Part shown: positions 20,451 to 30,697 of the stretch, piece by piece
Layout of the letters: every line of letters begins with the position of its first letter
How positions within the stretch are numbered: the first letter of the stretch is position 1
Assembly (NCBI GenBank): GCA_000004985.1
Contig: GG738845.1
Source of the DNA: Naegleria gruberi
Taxonomy: Eukaryota
Strand: one strand, 5' to 3'
DNA: 64,000 bases
Translations under genes and position numbers: made by a program
The notes under the pieces: model-generated
What the model was told of the DNA's origin: nothing
Databases searched by the model: none
What the model saw: the letters and a program-made list of their open reading frames with translations, nothing else

Positions 20451-21275
20451 ATGAATCAAGACTCGTTGTTCACTCAGTACGTTAGGAGAAAAAACCGAGT
20501 GAGAAGGAAGAAGGCCAGAACTCCAAAACGATTTGCCACTTTATTGCAACAACAACAAATTGAAGAGGTCATAGTTCCATCCTCATCAACAGAGCATTTC
20601 GATGAGGACGAAATAAACTGCCCAACAGAAAGTATCGGAACAAAAAAAACTTCATTCAAAGAAGAAGATATCGAAATAGAAATACCTAGATCTGAAGATT
20701 ATGAATCTGCCAAGGAATCAGATGCCGAATTCAAAGATCCACGAACACCACTCAACCAACTCTTGAGAAAGAGGCATTTTGATTCGTGTGACAAGGAAAA
20801 CTTTGTCCTCTCTACCCGTAAAATTAAATCTATGCTAATGGACGAGGAACAACTCAATTTCCTTCTCTATGCATATGATAAGGAGATTGATATCAAAGTG
20901 AATACCGTTAAGTCCTACACAGAGATCAATTGTAAAATGTTTGAAATGAGGCTAAATATGATTTTAGCTCGTCTTCCTGATTCTGTGAAGAATATGACTG
21001 TTGGAGAATTCCAAGAAAAGTATAACGAAGATGTAAACACCCTCCTCAAGACCAGAGCTGAAGAAAACATTCAAGAGCTAGAAGAGAAATTTGCTAAACT
21101 TAAGAGTTCCGCATCCTCTCACAAGACTCCATCTGTAAATAGGTACCGTGCTTCAGCAATGTTTCCACCTCAATCTAATCTTCAAACACCTCAACACCAA
21201 CAAAAGAAGAAGAAGACAACTAACTTTCTCAATACTCCACTCAACCATAGCAGATTGCAAGCAAATAAAATGTAA
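20451..21275 (+). CDS. Hypothetical 274-aa protein with a D-box-like motif (RTPLNQLL) and a KEN box (CDKENFV). Candidate APC/C substrate or cell-cycle protein.
   Basis: The ATG follows AAAAAAAAA. The N-terminus is basic (RRKNRVRRKKARTPKRF). The D-box-like and KEN-box motifs occur within about 15 residues of each other. No family was recognised. Confidence 0.5.
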   Translation: MNQDSLFTQYVRRKNRVRRKKARTPKRFATLLQQQQIEEVIVPSSSTEHFDEDEINCPTESIGTKKTSFKEEDIEIEIPRSEDYESAKESDAEFKDPRTPLNQLLRKRHFDSCDKENFVLSTRKIKSMLMDEEQLNFLLYAYDKEIDIKVNTVKSYTEINCKMFEMRLNMILARLPDSVKNMTVGEFQEKYNEDVNTLLKTRAEENIQELEEKFAKLKSSASSHKTPSVNRYRASAMFPPQSNLQTPQHQQKKKKTTNFLNTPLNHSRLQANKM

Positions 21276-21293
21276 ATAAGTTAAATTGTTTAT

Positions 21294-24200
21294 TTAATTA
21301 AGAATTCCAGACACGTCTAAATCATCATCATCTTGAGCTGTTTGAGATGCCCTAAATAAAGCTTCTTTAGTGGTTGAGCTTAGTTCTGAAGAGCTCAACT
21401 TTGGAATAGCCACATTCTTCTTTACAAACTCGAGTACGGATGGTTGTGAAATTGGTTGCTTCTTTTTCTTTGTTTCAACTTGTTTGGTAGGTTCTTCTGT
21501 TTGTTTCTCCTCCACTCTCTTTCTCTTCTTGTCTTCACCCCCCAAACTAGAAATTCTGGAAAGAATATTTGAAGAGGTGGAAGACTGATTGTTGGAGTCT
21601 TTGGTCTTGACAGGCTCCTCTGGAGTATTCTTCTCATTTAATGCAAGGAAAGGATTAGAAGATGAGTTACTAACAGAAGTCGATTTAGAGGTGATTTTTT
21701 TCTTTAGATTGTTATCAATGCTCTTCTTCTTTGGTCTCTTTGGAGAAAACATTTGGGCAAGAGGTTTTGCTGATTCAGACTCGAATTGGAACTCCACTTC
21801 ACCATCCAATTTATCCTCTGTAGTATCAGATTTTGTTGGTGAAATAGTGGCTAATGAACGCGATGAAACAGGTGATTGGCTCTCAATTCTTACAGGAGAG
21901 ACTGTATTGATTATTTCTACATTGGTTGAGGAGGTATTGGACTTTAACAATTGTTTCACTACTTCGCTGACTTGCTCTTTTGTCATGTACTGTGTGGAGG
22001 TTGAGGGTGTGGAAACGAAGGCTGATTGTTGATAGGAATGAGGCCATGCTGGGTTCTTTGCAGATTCTTGAACAAAAAGCTCTGTATTCTTAAGTGTCGC
22101 AGAAAGTTTGATATCTTTTTGAGATTCTGCAAAATTGGCAATGATATTCAAGCTTGACTTCATTCTCAATAGTTTAGCAAAATTCAAAGCAGCTGAGTAT
22201 TCTTTAAGCTCTATACATCTGGTAATGATGGTAACTATTAATCTATCAATTTCAACGATACCTTCCTTTGTGGCATTCCCCTTTCTGAAGGATTGATTGA
22301 AATATATATTCTTAATAAAATATCTGAAATACGAAAGTTTAACAGATTTGTCATGGCCTTTTTCTAAATCTATTGATGACCCAATAAATACATCCTCAAC
22401 ATTAGTAGCGTTGAGCTTGAAGGAAGTCATATCATGAGTAGCGGTTGGAACACCTTTTTGATTATTGCATAAAATTGAATAGATAGTACTGTCATTAATA
22501 ATACTAATAAAATGGGTATTTTCTCCCTTTTTCAAATCACACCAAGCAGAGAAAGAGTCAGTATCAGGGTTCATCAAGTACAATATTTGAGTGGAGTCAA
22601 AAACGTAAAGCAAGTCTTTTGTTCCTGTACCGAAACCAATCCAAGCAAGTTCAGAACAAGGTAGAGGTCTGTGTGCCTTTACACATGAAAACATGTTAAT
22701 ATCATACCAATCCAAAAATAAGCATGTACCTTGTTGATAAACAATCACCAAATTATTATCAGATCCACATAATGAAACAATATTTCCTCCAATAGCAATA
22801 TTTCCAAGGTCTAAGTTATCTTTAGTCTTAACCTTTACAAAAGATGTACGAGTACTGCCCTTATTTTCCTTTTCTATTGCAGCAGCAACAAATGAGGAAC
22901 CAAGAGTAACACATAGTATTTTTTCATCATGGGGGAGAATTGATTTCCATCCCTTATCCTGGTGAGTGAGTCTGAGCTTTCTAAATGAAATAACACCATT
23001 ATCATTTAGATTATTAGGATTGGATCCAAACACTATACCATTCTCGCTAAGAGCTGCTACGTGCGGTTTGTTATTATCTTGGTATTTCTCTTCAGAATGA
23101 CCTGCTAAATTAAATTTGATATGAATATTATAGTAAGGAGCTCTGTCAGGTGTCATGTTGGTAACTGAGGCTGTTATTAAGCCAATATGTTGTGTTACAG
23201 CTAGGTATCTTTTGTGATCATTTCCAACCTTTTCAAAAGGAGAAGAAGTTGGTTGAAGAGCTTGGTGCTTGTGCATATATGGAGCAAGAGGAATAGAGGT
23301 TTCAAAAGCGTGATGGGAATCTTCTTTGAATTGAGATTCCACTAGGGTTGGACGATCAAGATCCACTACTTCAAGTGGTTCTATTTCTTCCTGTTCCTCT
23401 AACTCTTCTTCTCTATCATTCAATATCGAATCGATGTCATCATGAATTTTAGGCTTTGATTTGTTTGGGGTTGGTTGTTTTTTTGGAGGCTCTGTTTCTA
23501 TCAAAGACATAATATCATCGTCATCCATCATTTGAAGAGATTTGATATACCTTTCACAATCAACAGCTTTGTATGTTGTTTTTTGCTTTTTTAGATTAAC
23601 AAAATTCTTAATGAGATGAACCTTTCCATCAAGAGTACAAACATAAAACTTGTTGTCTGTAGCTGACCATTCAATAGAGGTCACTAGAGATTTCATTTGA
23701 AGTGATTGATAAGGTCTTGGTCTTTTAGATGTGAGAGAATCAACTTCATACAAGTTGATATTCTTATCTATATCAATCATTGCAGCATGTACAGAGTTTG
23801 GAGAGAAGGATGCAATGTAATTATTTACGTCAATCTTGCCCAGAGATGACTTTTTCCAACCATCAATATCAGTAATAAGAGTAGAGTTGGGAGTTATAAT
23901 AGAATCAGAACACAAGTGCCATGACATAACCAGTGGACATAAGGCGTCTGCCTTGGATTGATTATTCCAAAATGAGAGTAAATCTTTTGAAATATGGTTT
24001 GAGTTTGAAAAGATTTTGTCTTCCTCGTCTAATTTAAATAAACTAAACTCTCTATTTCTGTTCAATAAAGCAATAACATCATTGTCATTAATTTTGACAG
24101 AAACAGTGCCACCTTGGGTTGAAATTGTACGAATGGTTTTTGGCTCCTCATTATTACTAACATCAATAATCTGCACTGATAATTTTTCTGACATACTACC

Positions 24201-24476
24201 AATTGCAATGATATTCTTCCTATTAATACTCAAGCTGGTAATGGTATGGTCAGAGCGAGAAATGAGAGCTTCAAACTCTAATGATGGATATTTGTAGCAA
24301 TTTACTACATTATCCTTTGAACCTACAAATAAATGACATCCATCCAAAGAAAACACTGCACAAGTTGGCTCTTTTTGTTTTGTTTTCACTACTCTTTGAT
24401 CTGCTATTTTATCATCCTTGAGTGATAGCACCATCAATTGGTTATCAGTATCGGTAGTAACGATTGACCTATTCAT
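21294..24476 (-). CDS. WD40-repeat protein of 1,060+ aa: an N-terminal WD40 propeller, a second beta-propeller/helical region and a Ser-rich, Lys-rich C-terminal tail. Possibly Ctf4/WDHD1 (AND-1)-like. The first exon may lie at 24594-24509.
   Basis: WD repeats include CAVFSLDGCHLFVGSKDNVVNCYKY. The domain order matches the Ctf4 SepB layout, but I cannot verify the conserved Ctf4 motifs from memory. A candidate upstream exon (MASQSILINNGGKS...) would join via a 41-bp GTATGT..AATAG intron in frame, but this is not certain. The stop at 21294 is only 18 bp from the convergent gene that ends at 21275. Confidence 0.4.
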   Translation of the reverse strand: MNRSIVTTDTDNQLMVLSLKDDKIADQRVVKTKQKEPTCAVFSLDGCHLFVGSKDNVVNCYKYPSLEFEALISRSDHTITSLSINRKNIIAIGSMSEKLSVQIIDVSNNEEPKTIRTISTQGGTVSVKINDNDVIALLNRNREFSLFKLDEEDKIFSNSNHISKDLLSFWNNQSKADALCPLVMSWHLCSDSIITPNSTLITDIDGWKKSSLGKIDVNNYIASFSPNSVHAAMIDIDKNINLYEVDSLTSKRPRPYQSLQMKSLVTSIEWSATDNKFYVCTLDGKVHLIKNFVNLKKQKTTYKAVDCERYIKSLQMMDDDDIMSLIETEPPKKQPTPNKSKPKIHDDIDSILNDREEELEEQEEIEPLEVVDLDRPTLVESQFKEDSHHAFETSIPLAPYMHKHQALQPTSSPFEKVGNDHKRYLAVTQHIGLITASVTNMTPDRAPYYNIHIKFNLAGHSEEKYQDNNKPHVAALSENGIVFGSNPNNLNDNGVISFRKLRLTHQDKGWKSILPHDEKILCVTLGSSFVAAAIEKENKGSTRTSFVKVKTKDNLDLGNIAIGGNIVSLCGSDNNLVIVYQQGTCLFLDWYDINMFSCVKAHRPLPCSELAWIGFGTGTKDLLYVFDSTQILYLMNPDTDSFSAWCDLKKGENTHFISIINDSTIYSILCNNQKGVPTATHDMTSFKLNATNVEDVFIGSSIDLEKGHDKSVKLSYFRYFIKNIYFNQSFRKGNATKEGIVEIDRLIVTIITRCIELKEYSAALNFAKLLRMKSSLNIIANFAESQKDIKLSATLKNTELFVQESAKNPAWPHSYQQSAFVSTPSTSTQYMTKEQVSEVVKQLLKSNTSSTNVEIINTVSPVRIESQSPVSSRSLATISPTKSDTTEDKLDGEVEFQFESESAKPLAQMFSPKRPKKKSIDNNLKKKITSKSTSVSNSSSNPFLALNEKNTPEEPVKTKDSNNQSSTSSNILSRISSLGGEDKKRKRVEEKQTEEPTKQVETKKKKQPISQPSVLEFVKKNVAIPKLSSSELSSTTKEALFRASQTAQDDDDLDVSGILN

Positions 24477-24615
24477 ATGAATAAACTTCTATTATTTGAA
24501 AGTACATACTCTTCAGTTGGGTGATGAACCAACCAGCAACACAAAGAAGATTTAGATTTTCCTCCATTGTTTATCAGTATGGATTGTGAAGCCATTTTTT
24601 TTGAATTATTTTTTA

Positions 24616-24626
24616 AAATTGGCGGG
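24616..24626. promoter_or_regulatory. E2F-like element AAATTGGCGGG in a divergent promoter between the genes starting at 24476/24594(-) and 24830(+)
   Basis: A GC-only core GGCGGG in an AT-rich spacer. The classic E2F site has the form TTTGGCGGGAAA. Confidence 0.3.
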
Positions 24627-24829
24627 TTCTTAAAAAGAGTGGGAAATAACAATTTGACAGGAAAATAATGTTTTGAAAATATTTTCCAATTCTGACTTAT
24701 AAAATCAATCATTAATTCTTTTTGTCATTAAACAGAACAGTAATACATTAAATAATTATAATTGGTGGTATTGTTATTGTGAATATTGTTAAAATTAAAT
24801 GCTTTTTTTGAAAATAATAAAATAAAAAA

Positions 24830-25501
24830 ATGTTAAAACGATTCGTCCGTTCTGCCTCAATTTGTCAATCATCGATATGCTCTCACCAGCATTCAATCAA
24901 TTTTAAAATAATAACATTATTGAATAGACGTAATTTTCATAATCTTCCTTATTTTCAAGCAATATTGTCGGAAAAGGATTTTGAAAAGTTAGAAAAAGAA
25001 CAACAAACAGAGGAGGATTTAAAACCACAATCAAAATCACCAGAAATTATCACCAATACAACAAGTGAAAATCCATCATCACCACCATTCAACAACTCTG
25101 ATGATCCATCACTATTTGCTGAATTTATGAAAATGAAGAAAAAAGAGGAACACGACATGGAAGGATATAATAACCCTTTCTATAGAGATGTGGATGAAAA
25201 AACAGCTATTGAATACCAAGATGCTATCAATGATAAGGAATCTACCCCATTTCCGACATGGATGATGAATTTCTATAGGGTTGCCTCTATTTCTGTTGTT
25301 GTCATAGTATGTTATGGACTTGTTGTGGCAAAACTAGATGAACAATCGATTAATGAACGATATGCTCTCTTAGAAAAGAAGAGAAACGAAAGAGAGGAAC
25401 AAATGAGAAATATGCAATTTGAATTGGAATTAACAACCTCAGTAAAAGAGAAAAAGAGTCTTTTTTCTGGTTTGAAAGCTCTTGTAGAGGAAGAAAAATA
25501 A
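24830..25501 (+). CDS. Hypothetical 223-aa protein with an Arg/Ser-rich mitochondrial-type N-terminus and one predicted transmembrane helix (FYRVASISVVVIVCYGLVVAKL)
   Basis: The ATG follows AAAAAAA. The frame is open for 223 codons. No family was recognised. Confidence 0.45.
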   Translation: MLKRFVRSASICQSSICSHQHSINFKIITLLNRRNFHNLPYFQAILSEKDFEKLEKEQQTEEDLKPQSKSPEIITNTTSENPSSPPFNNSDDPSLFAEFMKMKKKEEHDMEGYNNPFYRDVDEKTAIEYQDAINDKESTPFPTWMMNFYRVASISVVVIVCYGLVVAKLDEQSINERYALLEKKRNEREEQMRNMQFELELTTSVKEKKSLFSGLKALVEEEK

Positions 25502-25630
25502 ATCATTTTCATTCTCTAACAACAATGCTTGCTAAGAGATATCGATGATTTGGGATTCATTCTCAACTTTTTCAATAGGAACAATTTTAATTATTTATAA
25601 TAAATCATTTTTAAAAAATAAATTAAAAAA

Positions 25631-26107
25631 ATGCTAGAATTGTTGAAGGGAAAACCTAAACTTGTCGCGGAACTTATTCAAACGCTACCATTCAGCGCCC
25701 AGCCATTGAAAGTAAATGGACAATGGAGACCAGCAAAGTTAAGAACAAGACAAGTTAAAGCTCTTTATGAAGCTTCTCGTTTACATAATATACCATTCCC
25801 AGAACAACATTTGTCTTTGATGGAAAACCAAGGAACGGAACAACCAAAGAAGCACGGATTCATAAAACCACAACGTTTGAGAGGTGAAGTTAAAAATTAT
25901 AGTGATAGAATTGATAAAATTAACAAGGCTTTGGCTCAACAAACACCAAAGATTGAAAAACACAGAGAAGAGGAACGTGATAAGAGATATAAGGATTGGT
26001 ATGATTTGGGATTATTTGGTAAAGTTTCTACAGATGATCCAAAGAATAAGTATATGGTGGACAAAATTTTGAAGGCTCAAAAGAGTCCAGCCAAGAAAAA
26101 GAAGTAA
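25631..26107 (+). CDS. Small basic protein of 158 aa, possibly a mitochondrial ribosomal protein of the mL59/MRPL25 type
   Basis: The ATG follows AAAAAAA. The product is Lys/Arg-rich with a KKKK tail. I see loose similarity in order and spacing to fungal Mrpl25 (LPF..Q...K..GQW......LR...V..LY..). This is a low-confidence call. Confidence 0.35.
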   Translation: MLELLKGKPKLVAELIQTLPFSAQPLKVNGQWRPAKLRTRQVKALYEASRLHNIPFPEQHLSLMENQGTEQPKKHGFIKPQRLRGEVKNYSDRIDKINKALAQQTPKIEKHREEERDKRYKDWYDLGLFGKVSTDDPKNKYMVDKILKAQKSPAKKKK

Positions 26108-26441
26108 ATGATAAATTTGAATATATAGTAATAACCTAATTAAATTGGAATAATCGGAAATTAACTCATCACTTTATTGATAAATAAGGTCTAGTAAAAA
26201 TCACAAAAATTTATTATATTTATTTATTATGTAAGAAATCATTCAATTAAATTGTACCATCCTGTTTTCAGTTCTATTAATATATGAAACCAATAATTTA
26301 GATACTAGTAGCAACAACTTTTTCAATTATTGTAAAGAGGATCCATTATGGTTGGAGCATAAGACGCAGTCCATTCAATTATTCCTCATTCAAAAAAATA
26401 CCTCACTCTGATTGCTTGATAGTCATCCACATCACTCAACA

Positions 26442-27431
26442 ATGGAAAACAAACCATCATCGGAAGCTGTACCAGAAAATGCAAATGAACACTGTCCAGG
26501 TGTAGAAAGTCAAAATGCAGGAAAGTCATCATCTTGTGCTGGATGTCCAAATCAGTCCTTGTGTGCAAGTGGAGGAATGAAGAATGGTATTAACCAAACT
26601 GCTGTAGAAACTGAACAAATCAAGGAAGCTATGAAATCGATCAAAAGAAAGTTTCTAGTTTTATCTGGTAAAGGAGGTGTTGGAAAATCTACTGTTTCCT
26701 CCCAATTAGCTCTCACTATGGCACTTTGTGAAAAGGATAGTGTTCCACAAGTAGGAGTTTTGGACGTAGATTTATGTGGGCCATCTATTCCAACAATGTT
26801 TGGTTTAGAGGGGTATCAATTACATCAAAGTAATTTAGGATGGACACCTGCATACTATGAAGATAATTTGGCTGTTGTTAGTATCGGATTCATGTTACCA
26901 AACAAGGATGATGCTGTAATATGGAGAGGACCAAAGAAGAATGGGTTAATCAAACAATTTTTGAGAGATGTTTATTGGGGAGATTATTTGGATTATCTCA
27001 TTATTGACACACCACCAGGAACAAGTGATGAACACATAACAATTGTTCAATATTTGAAAAATGTGGATATTGATGGAGCTATTATTGTGACAACACCACA
27101 AGATGTCAGTTGTAATGATGTAAGAAGAGAAATTAATTTTTGCAAAAAAGTTGGAATACCAATTATTGGAATAATTGAAAATATGAGTGGTTTTGTTTGT
27201 CCAAATTGTAAGAATAAGGCAATGATTTTTAAACCAACAAGTGGTGGAGGTCAACAATTGGCTATTGATTATGAAATACCATTCTTAGGAAGTATTCCTC
27301 TTGATCCAATGGTTATGCAATCCTGTGAAACTGGTAAAAGCATTGTTAAAGACCATCCTGAATCTCCAGCTTCTCAAGCAATGAAAGAAATTGTTCAAAA
27401 AATAATTACTCACAAAAAGAACAATCAATAA
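26442..27431 (+). CDS. NUBP1: Cytosolic Fe-S cluster assembly factor NUBP1/Nbp35 (Mrp/NBP35 P-loop ATPase)
   Basis: The genuine ATG at 26442 (MENKPSS...) lies inside the longer ORF-track frame 26412-27431. The N-terminus has a C-x13-C-x2-C-x5-C motif ([24 protein letters not shown]), which is diagnostic of Nbp35 rather than Cfd1. Other matches are the Walker A motif [13 protein letters not shown], the C-terminal CPNCKNKA, and [10 protein letters not shown]. Confidence 0.85.
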   Translation: MENKPSSEAVPENANEHCPGVESQNAGKSSSCAGCPNQSLCASGGMKNGINQTAVETEQIKEAMKSIKRKFLVLSGKGGVGKSTVSSQLALTMALCEKDSVPQVGVLDVDLCGPSIPTMFGLEGYQLHQSNLGWTPAYYEDNLAVVSIGFMLPNKDDAVIWRGPKKNGLIKQFLRDVYWGDYLDYLIIDTPPGTSDEHITIVQYLKNVDIDGAIIVTTPQDVSCNDVRREINFCKKVGIPIIGIIENMSGFVCPNCKNKAMIFKPTSGGGQQLAIDYEIPFLGSIPLDPMVMQSCETGKSIVKDHPESPASQAMKEIVQKIITHKKNNQ

Positions 27432-27734
27432 ATGTAAATACTATTCTCTCTTCATACCCTGTTCTAGATTAAAATTCTTCTTCCAACAATGTAGATTCTC
27501 AAATATTGAGCATAACATTGTGGTAGAATAAAATTAGGGCTACTTACCTCTTCAATCAACGATTATAAAAATAAAATACGATAAAAACACACGACAACAG
27601 GTCAGCAAAGTAAAGAGTTCGTTTGGAGTCAAGGGGTTTCCCTCTTATACAAGAAGGAAGACAGAATTGAGAGGCCAAAGCCAGCTGCAACTCCGTTAAG
27701 GGTTTTGAATAACATTAGGGTTACTAAGTGTCAT

Positions 27735-28874
27735 TCAGAAAAAGTCTCCACTTTCAGAAGAACTGTCAGTGAAGGTGGATGGTTGATTAGCCATCACAAT
27801 AGCATCAGATCCAAAGCACTTTGCAAACTTATTAATAATAGTTTGCATTGCAATCTTCTTCTCTTCATCAGCAAATTTATGAGCCAACTCAAAACATTTG
27901 TCAAGTTGACTAGTGAAATCATTAAACTCTTTTTCTTGAGCTTCCTTGATTTTCTTACTTTTAAGCTCTTTAGCTTCTTCTCTCATTCTTTTAGTCTTGT
28001 TTGGTTTGCGTGCGTAAACTTTGAGAGGACAAGATCTCTTAATCAAAATTGGATTATCCAATTTATCATTCAAGTAAAACTTGAGTTCAAGAGCAACCAA
28101 CTTTTTCTCTTGATGGTAGGAATAATCGAATTGAATTTTCATTTTACATTCAAATTCATCAGCATTCTTACTGGTTGGATCCTTGGTTAAGGCTGATTCA
28201 ATATTACCTTTGAGCACTGGTTTAGCTAATTTGATTTCCTTATTAGTTTCAGCATCAACAACAGTGGCACGACACAAAAGCAATGGAACAGTAGTAAGGA
28301 AGTTACCACTTGCCTTTTGAATAATTTCATACTTCAAGGAAGAATACATCTTTTCAGGAAGGTATTCAGAAGGTTTATCCCTTCTAGTTTTCAATAAAAC
28401 TTGAGTATCCAAGTTACCAGCAGATTCATCAACATGAATAGTTTTCCACACACGTTCAGAGGTGGAAACAGGAGTAGAGTCCTTCTTTTTCTTGGAAGCA
28501 ATAATCTTTTTTCTCTTTTGAGTAGATTGATCTTCATCTTCATCATTAACAGAGGACATATCGTTAGAGTCAGTACTGCTATCATCTAGATGAGCGTTTT
28601 GTACTTCAAAGAAGGAAGAAAACAAGTCAGTCTTAACTTCACCGGATGGAGATGGTTGAAAGTCATACATCAAGGATTGGAAGGTATTATCCAATTCATT
28701 GGTAGCCTGTTTGGAAGTACCAGAAACAAGGATAGCAGGAGTGCCCAATACAATTTGTTGGGTATCAATGGAGAGAGTATTCTTCTTGGAACTAACAGGA
28801 GTGGTTGGATCCAAAGAGAAAAAGTCGAATGGCTCGTCAAAGAAGGCAAAGTCGGTTGGGGTTTCAGCAAACAT
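27735..28874 (-). CDS. Hypothetical 379-aa protein with an acidic, aromatic N-terminus (FDFFSLD) and a basic C-terminal region. Possibly a DNA-binding beta-sandwich factor.
   Basis: The ORF runs uninterrupted from a genuine ATG. The C-terminal region reads ...KFYLNDKLDNPILIKRSCPLKVYARKPNKTKR.... No family was recognised. Confidence 0.45.
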   Translation of the reverse strand: MFAETPTDFAFFDEPFDFFSLDPTTPVSSKKNTLSIDTQQIVLGTPAILVSGTSKQATNELDNTFQSLMYDFQPSPSGEVKTDLFSSFFEVQNAHLDDSSTDSNDMSSVNDEDEDQSTQKRKKIIASKKKKDSTPVSTSERVWKTIHVDESAGNLDTQVLLKTRRDKPSEYLPEKMYSSLKYEIIQKASGNFLTTVPLLLCRATVVDAETNKEIKLAKPVLKGNIESALTKDPTSKNADEFECKMKIQFDYSYHQEKKLVALELKFYLNDKLDNPILIKRSCPLKVYARKPNKTKRMREEAKELKSKKIKEAQEKEFNDFTSQLDKCFELAHKFADEEKKIAMQTIINKFAKCFGSDAIVMANQPSTFTDSSSESGDFF

Positions 28875-29011
28875 TTTTAAAAGGGAATAATTTTGTTGTA
28901 TTGATTGTTCAATTTAGTGATTGTGTAATAATTATTAAAAAAGTGGCTATTTGATGATAATTAAAGGTTTAATAATGAGCGATATGGAGAGTGAGTTGTT
29001 CGAGATATTTT

Positions 29012-29278
29012 TCATCCTTGTTGTTTATTAAAAATAAAACTCGCGTCAGTTTTTAAAGGTGAACAAGCTGGAAGATATTTTACAATTAATTCTAAAAATA
29101 ATAGCCAATAATTGTCTACGAAACGTGCTGTTACAATCTCTCTTTCAGTGCGTTTTTGAATTTGCTCTTGTTCATCCATGTTTTTTAGAATAATGTAATT
29201 AAGAAATGTTAAAAAACATGACTCTACATCTAACAGGCTGAGATGATCTTCAAGTTCTGCAGTTACAAATAATTCCAT
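29012..29278 (-). CDS. Questionable small ORF of 88 aa from the genuine ATG (MELFVTAELEDHLSLLDVESCF...). It lies in the 790-bp spacer upstream of RPC34.
   Basis: The ORF is open with a plausible ATG. No family was recognised. It could be a chance ORF or an unannotated small protein. Confidence 0.2.
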   Translation of the reverse strand: MELFVTAELEDHLSLLDVESCFLTFLNYIILKNMDEQEQIQKRTEREIVTARFVDNYWLLFLELIVKYLPACSPLKTDASFIFNKQQG

Positions 29279-29667
29279 ATTATGTATACCTATTGACTCC
29301 CTTTTCAGCAAAAGACAGGCTTCTCATCTGGATTCTTCAATAACTTGTTTAAAATTTTGTCATTTCGATAGAATTCTTGTTAAACAACGGTATCGATTTC
29401 AGTATAATACTATCACTTCAAAGAGTAACAGAACGTGTCAAACATTGCAATAGTGAACTTTTACAAAAATCCCCACAATTTCAGATTATATTAAATAAAC
29501 ATTGAAAAGCAATTATTTGTTGTATTTTAGATTTAGTGTGGAACAAACATCTGTCCTGACTTCAATAACAAATTTTCACTCGCTGCTGTCTGTGGCTGTA
29601 GTGCAAAATAATAATTGCAACAAATTTAATTTAAATGATTCAAGTAAAATAAAATATTGCAGAAAAA

Positions 29668-30627
29668 ATGAAGAGAACAACACCAGCTGCCTCATCATCT
29701 AGAGGTGTGTCATCATCGGCAGCTACATCAAATACAATAACTGAAGGTCCAAAAGTACAAATTTTAAATGATGAACAAAGAAAATTAACAGTGGTATATA
29801 TGAAACAAATCATAAAAGAATTATCACAACATTCGGATGGTATTATGGATGGTGTACTTCGAGAAAAATTTTCAGACCAAATGGTTTTTATGGAAAGCAT
29901 AAATCAATTGAATATTAAAGGAAGAATTCGACACTTTAAAGTTGGAAAGAATATAATATTCCAACATGTTTCAAAGGAAGATTCTGTAAAATATAAAGGA
30001 TTGACTGATGAACAAATTGGAATTTATCAAATGATTGAACTTTCCGGAAACAAGGGTATTTGGAAAAAGAGCATTTCTAAAAAAGCCAAAAAGAATGAAA
30101 AGGACCTTGAAAAGATATTAAAAGCTCTTGAATCTAAGCAATTAATTAGAAAAATTTCAGACATTACACAAAAGAAGGGAACTCAGATTGTTTATATAGC
30201 TTCACATATAGAACCTAGTAAGGAGATTACAGGAGGTATTTGGTATATTGATGGAAAATTTAATTCGGAACTTGTTGATAAACTGAGAACAGAAACCATA
30301 ACTTATTTAGAAAAGAAACCAAAGAGAACACATGAAGTATTGGAACATATTAAATCTTTGGCTATTATAGATCATGTTGATTTGGGATCAGATGATATGC
30401 AACAAGTTATTGACACTTTGGTTTTTGATGGATTTTTAGAGAAAATTATTGATAATAATAATGTGGGAAATCAATCTCTTTACAGAGTTGCCCTATCAAG
30501 TGTTTCAACAGAAAACGCTTTTGTGGATATTCCTTGTTCTACTTGTCCAGTATTTGATCAATGTACAGAAAATGGAGATATTACTCCAAAGACTTGTCCT
30601 TATTTGAAAAAGTGGATGGATTTTTAA
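29668..30627 (+). CDS. POLR3F: DNA-directed RNA polymerase III subunit RPC6/RPC34
   Basis: The 319-aa product has tandem winged-helix regions. The C-terminal cysteine cluster CSTCPVFDQCTENGDITPKTCPYL is typical of the RPC34/RPC6 Fe-S domain. Confidence 0.75.
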   Translation: MKRTTPAASSSRGVSSSAATSNTITEGPKVQILNDEQRKLTVVYMKQIIKELSQHSDGIMDGVLREKFSDQMVFMESINQLNIKGRIRHFKVGKNIIFQHVSKEDSVKYKGLTDEQIGIYQMIELSGNKGIWKKSISKKAKKNEKDLEKILKALESKQLIRKISDITQKKGTQIVYIASHIEPSKEITGGIWYIDGKFNSELVDKLRTETITYLEKKPKRTHEVLEHIKSLAIIDHVDLGSDDMQQVIDTLVFDGFLEKIIDNNNVGNQSLYRVALSSVSTENAFVDIPCSTCPVFDQCTENGDITPKTCPYLKKWMDF

Positions 30628-30697
30628 ACAATAAATTGTACAATCAAATTTTATTAAAAGCACCTCTTCAAGATAATTTTGGATAAATTCAAAAAAA

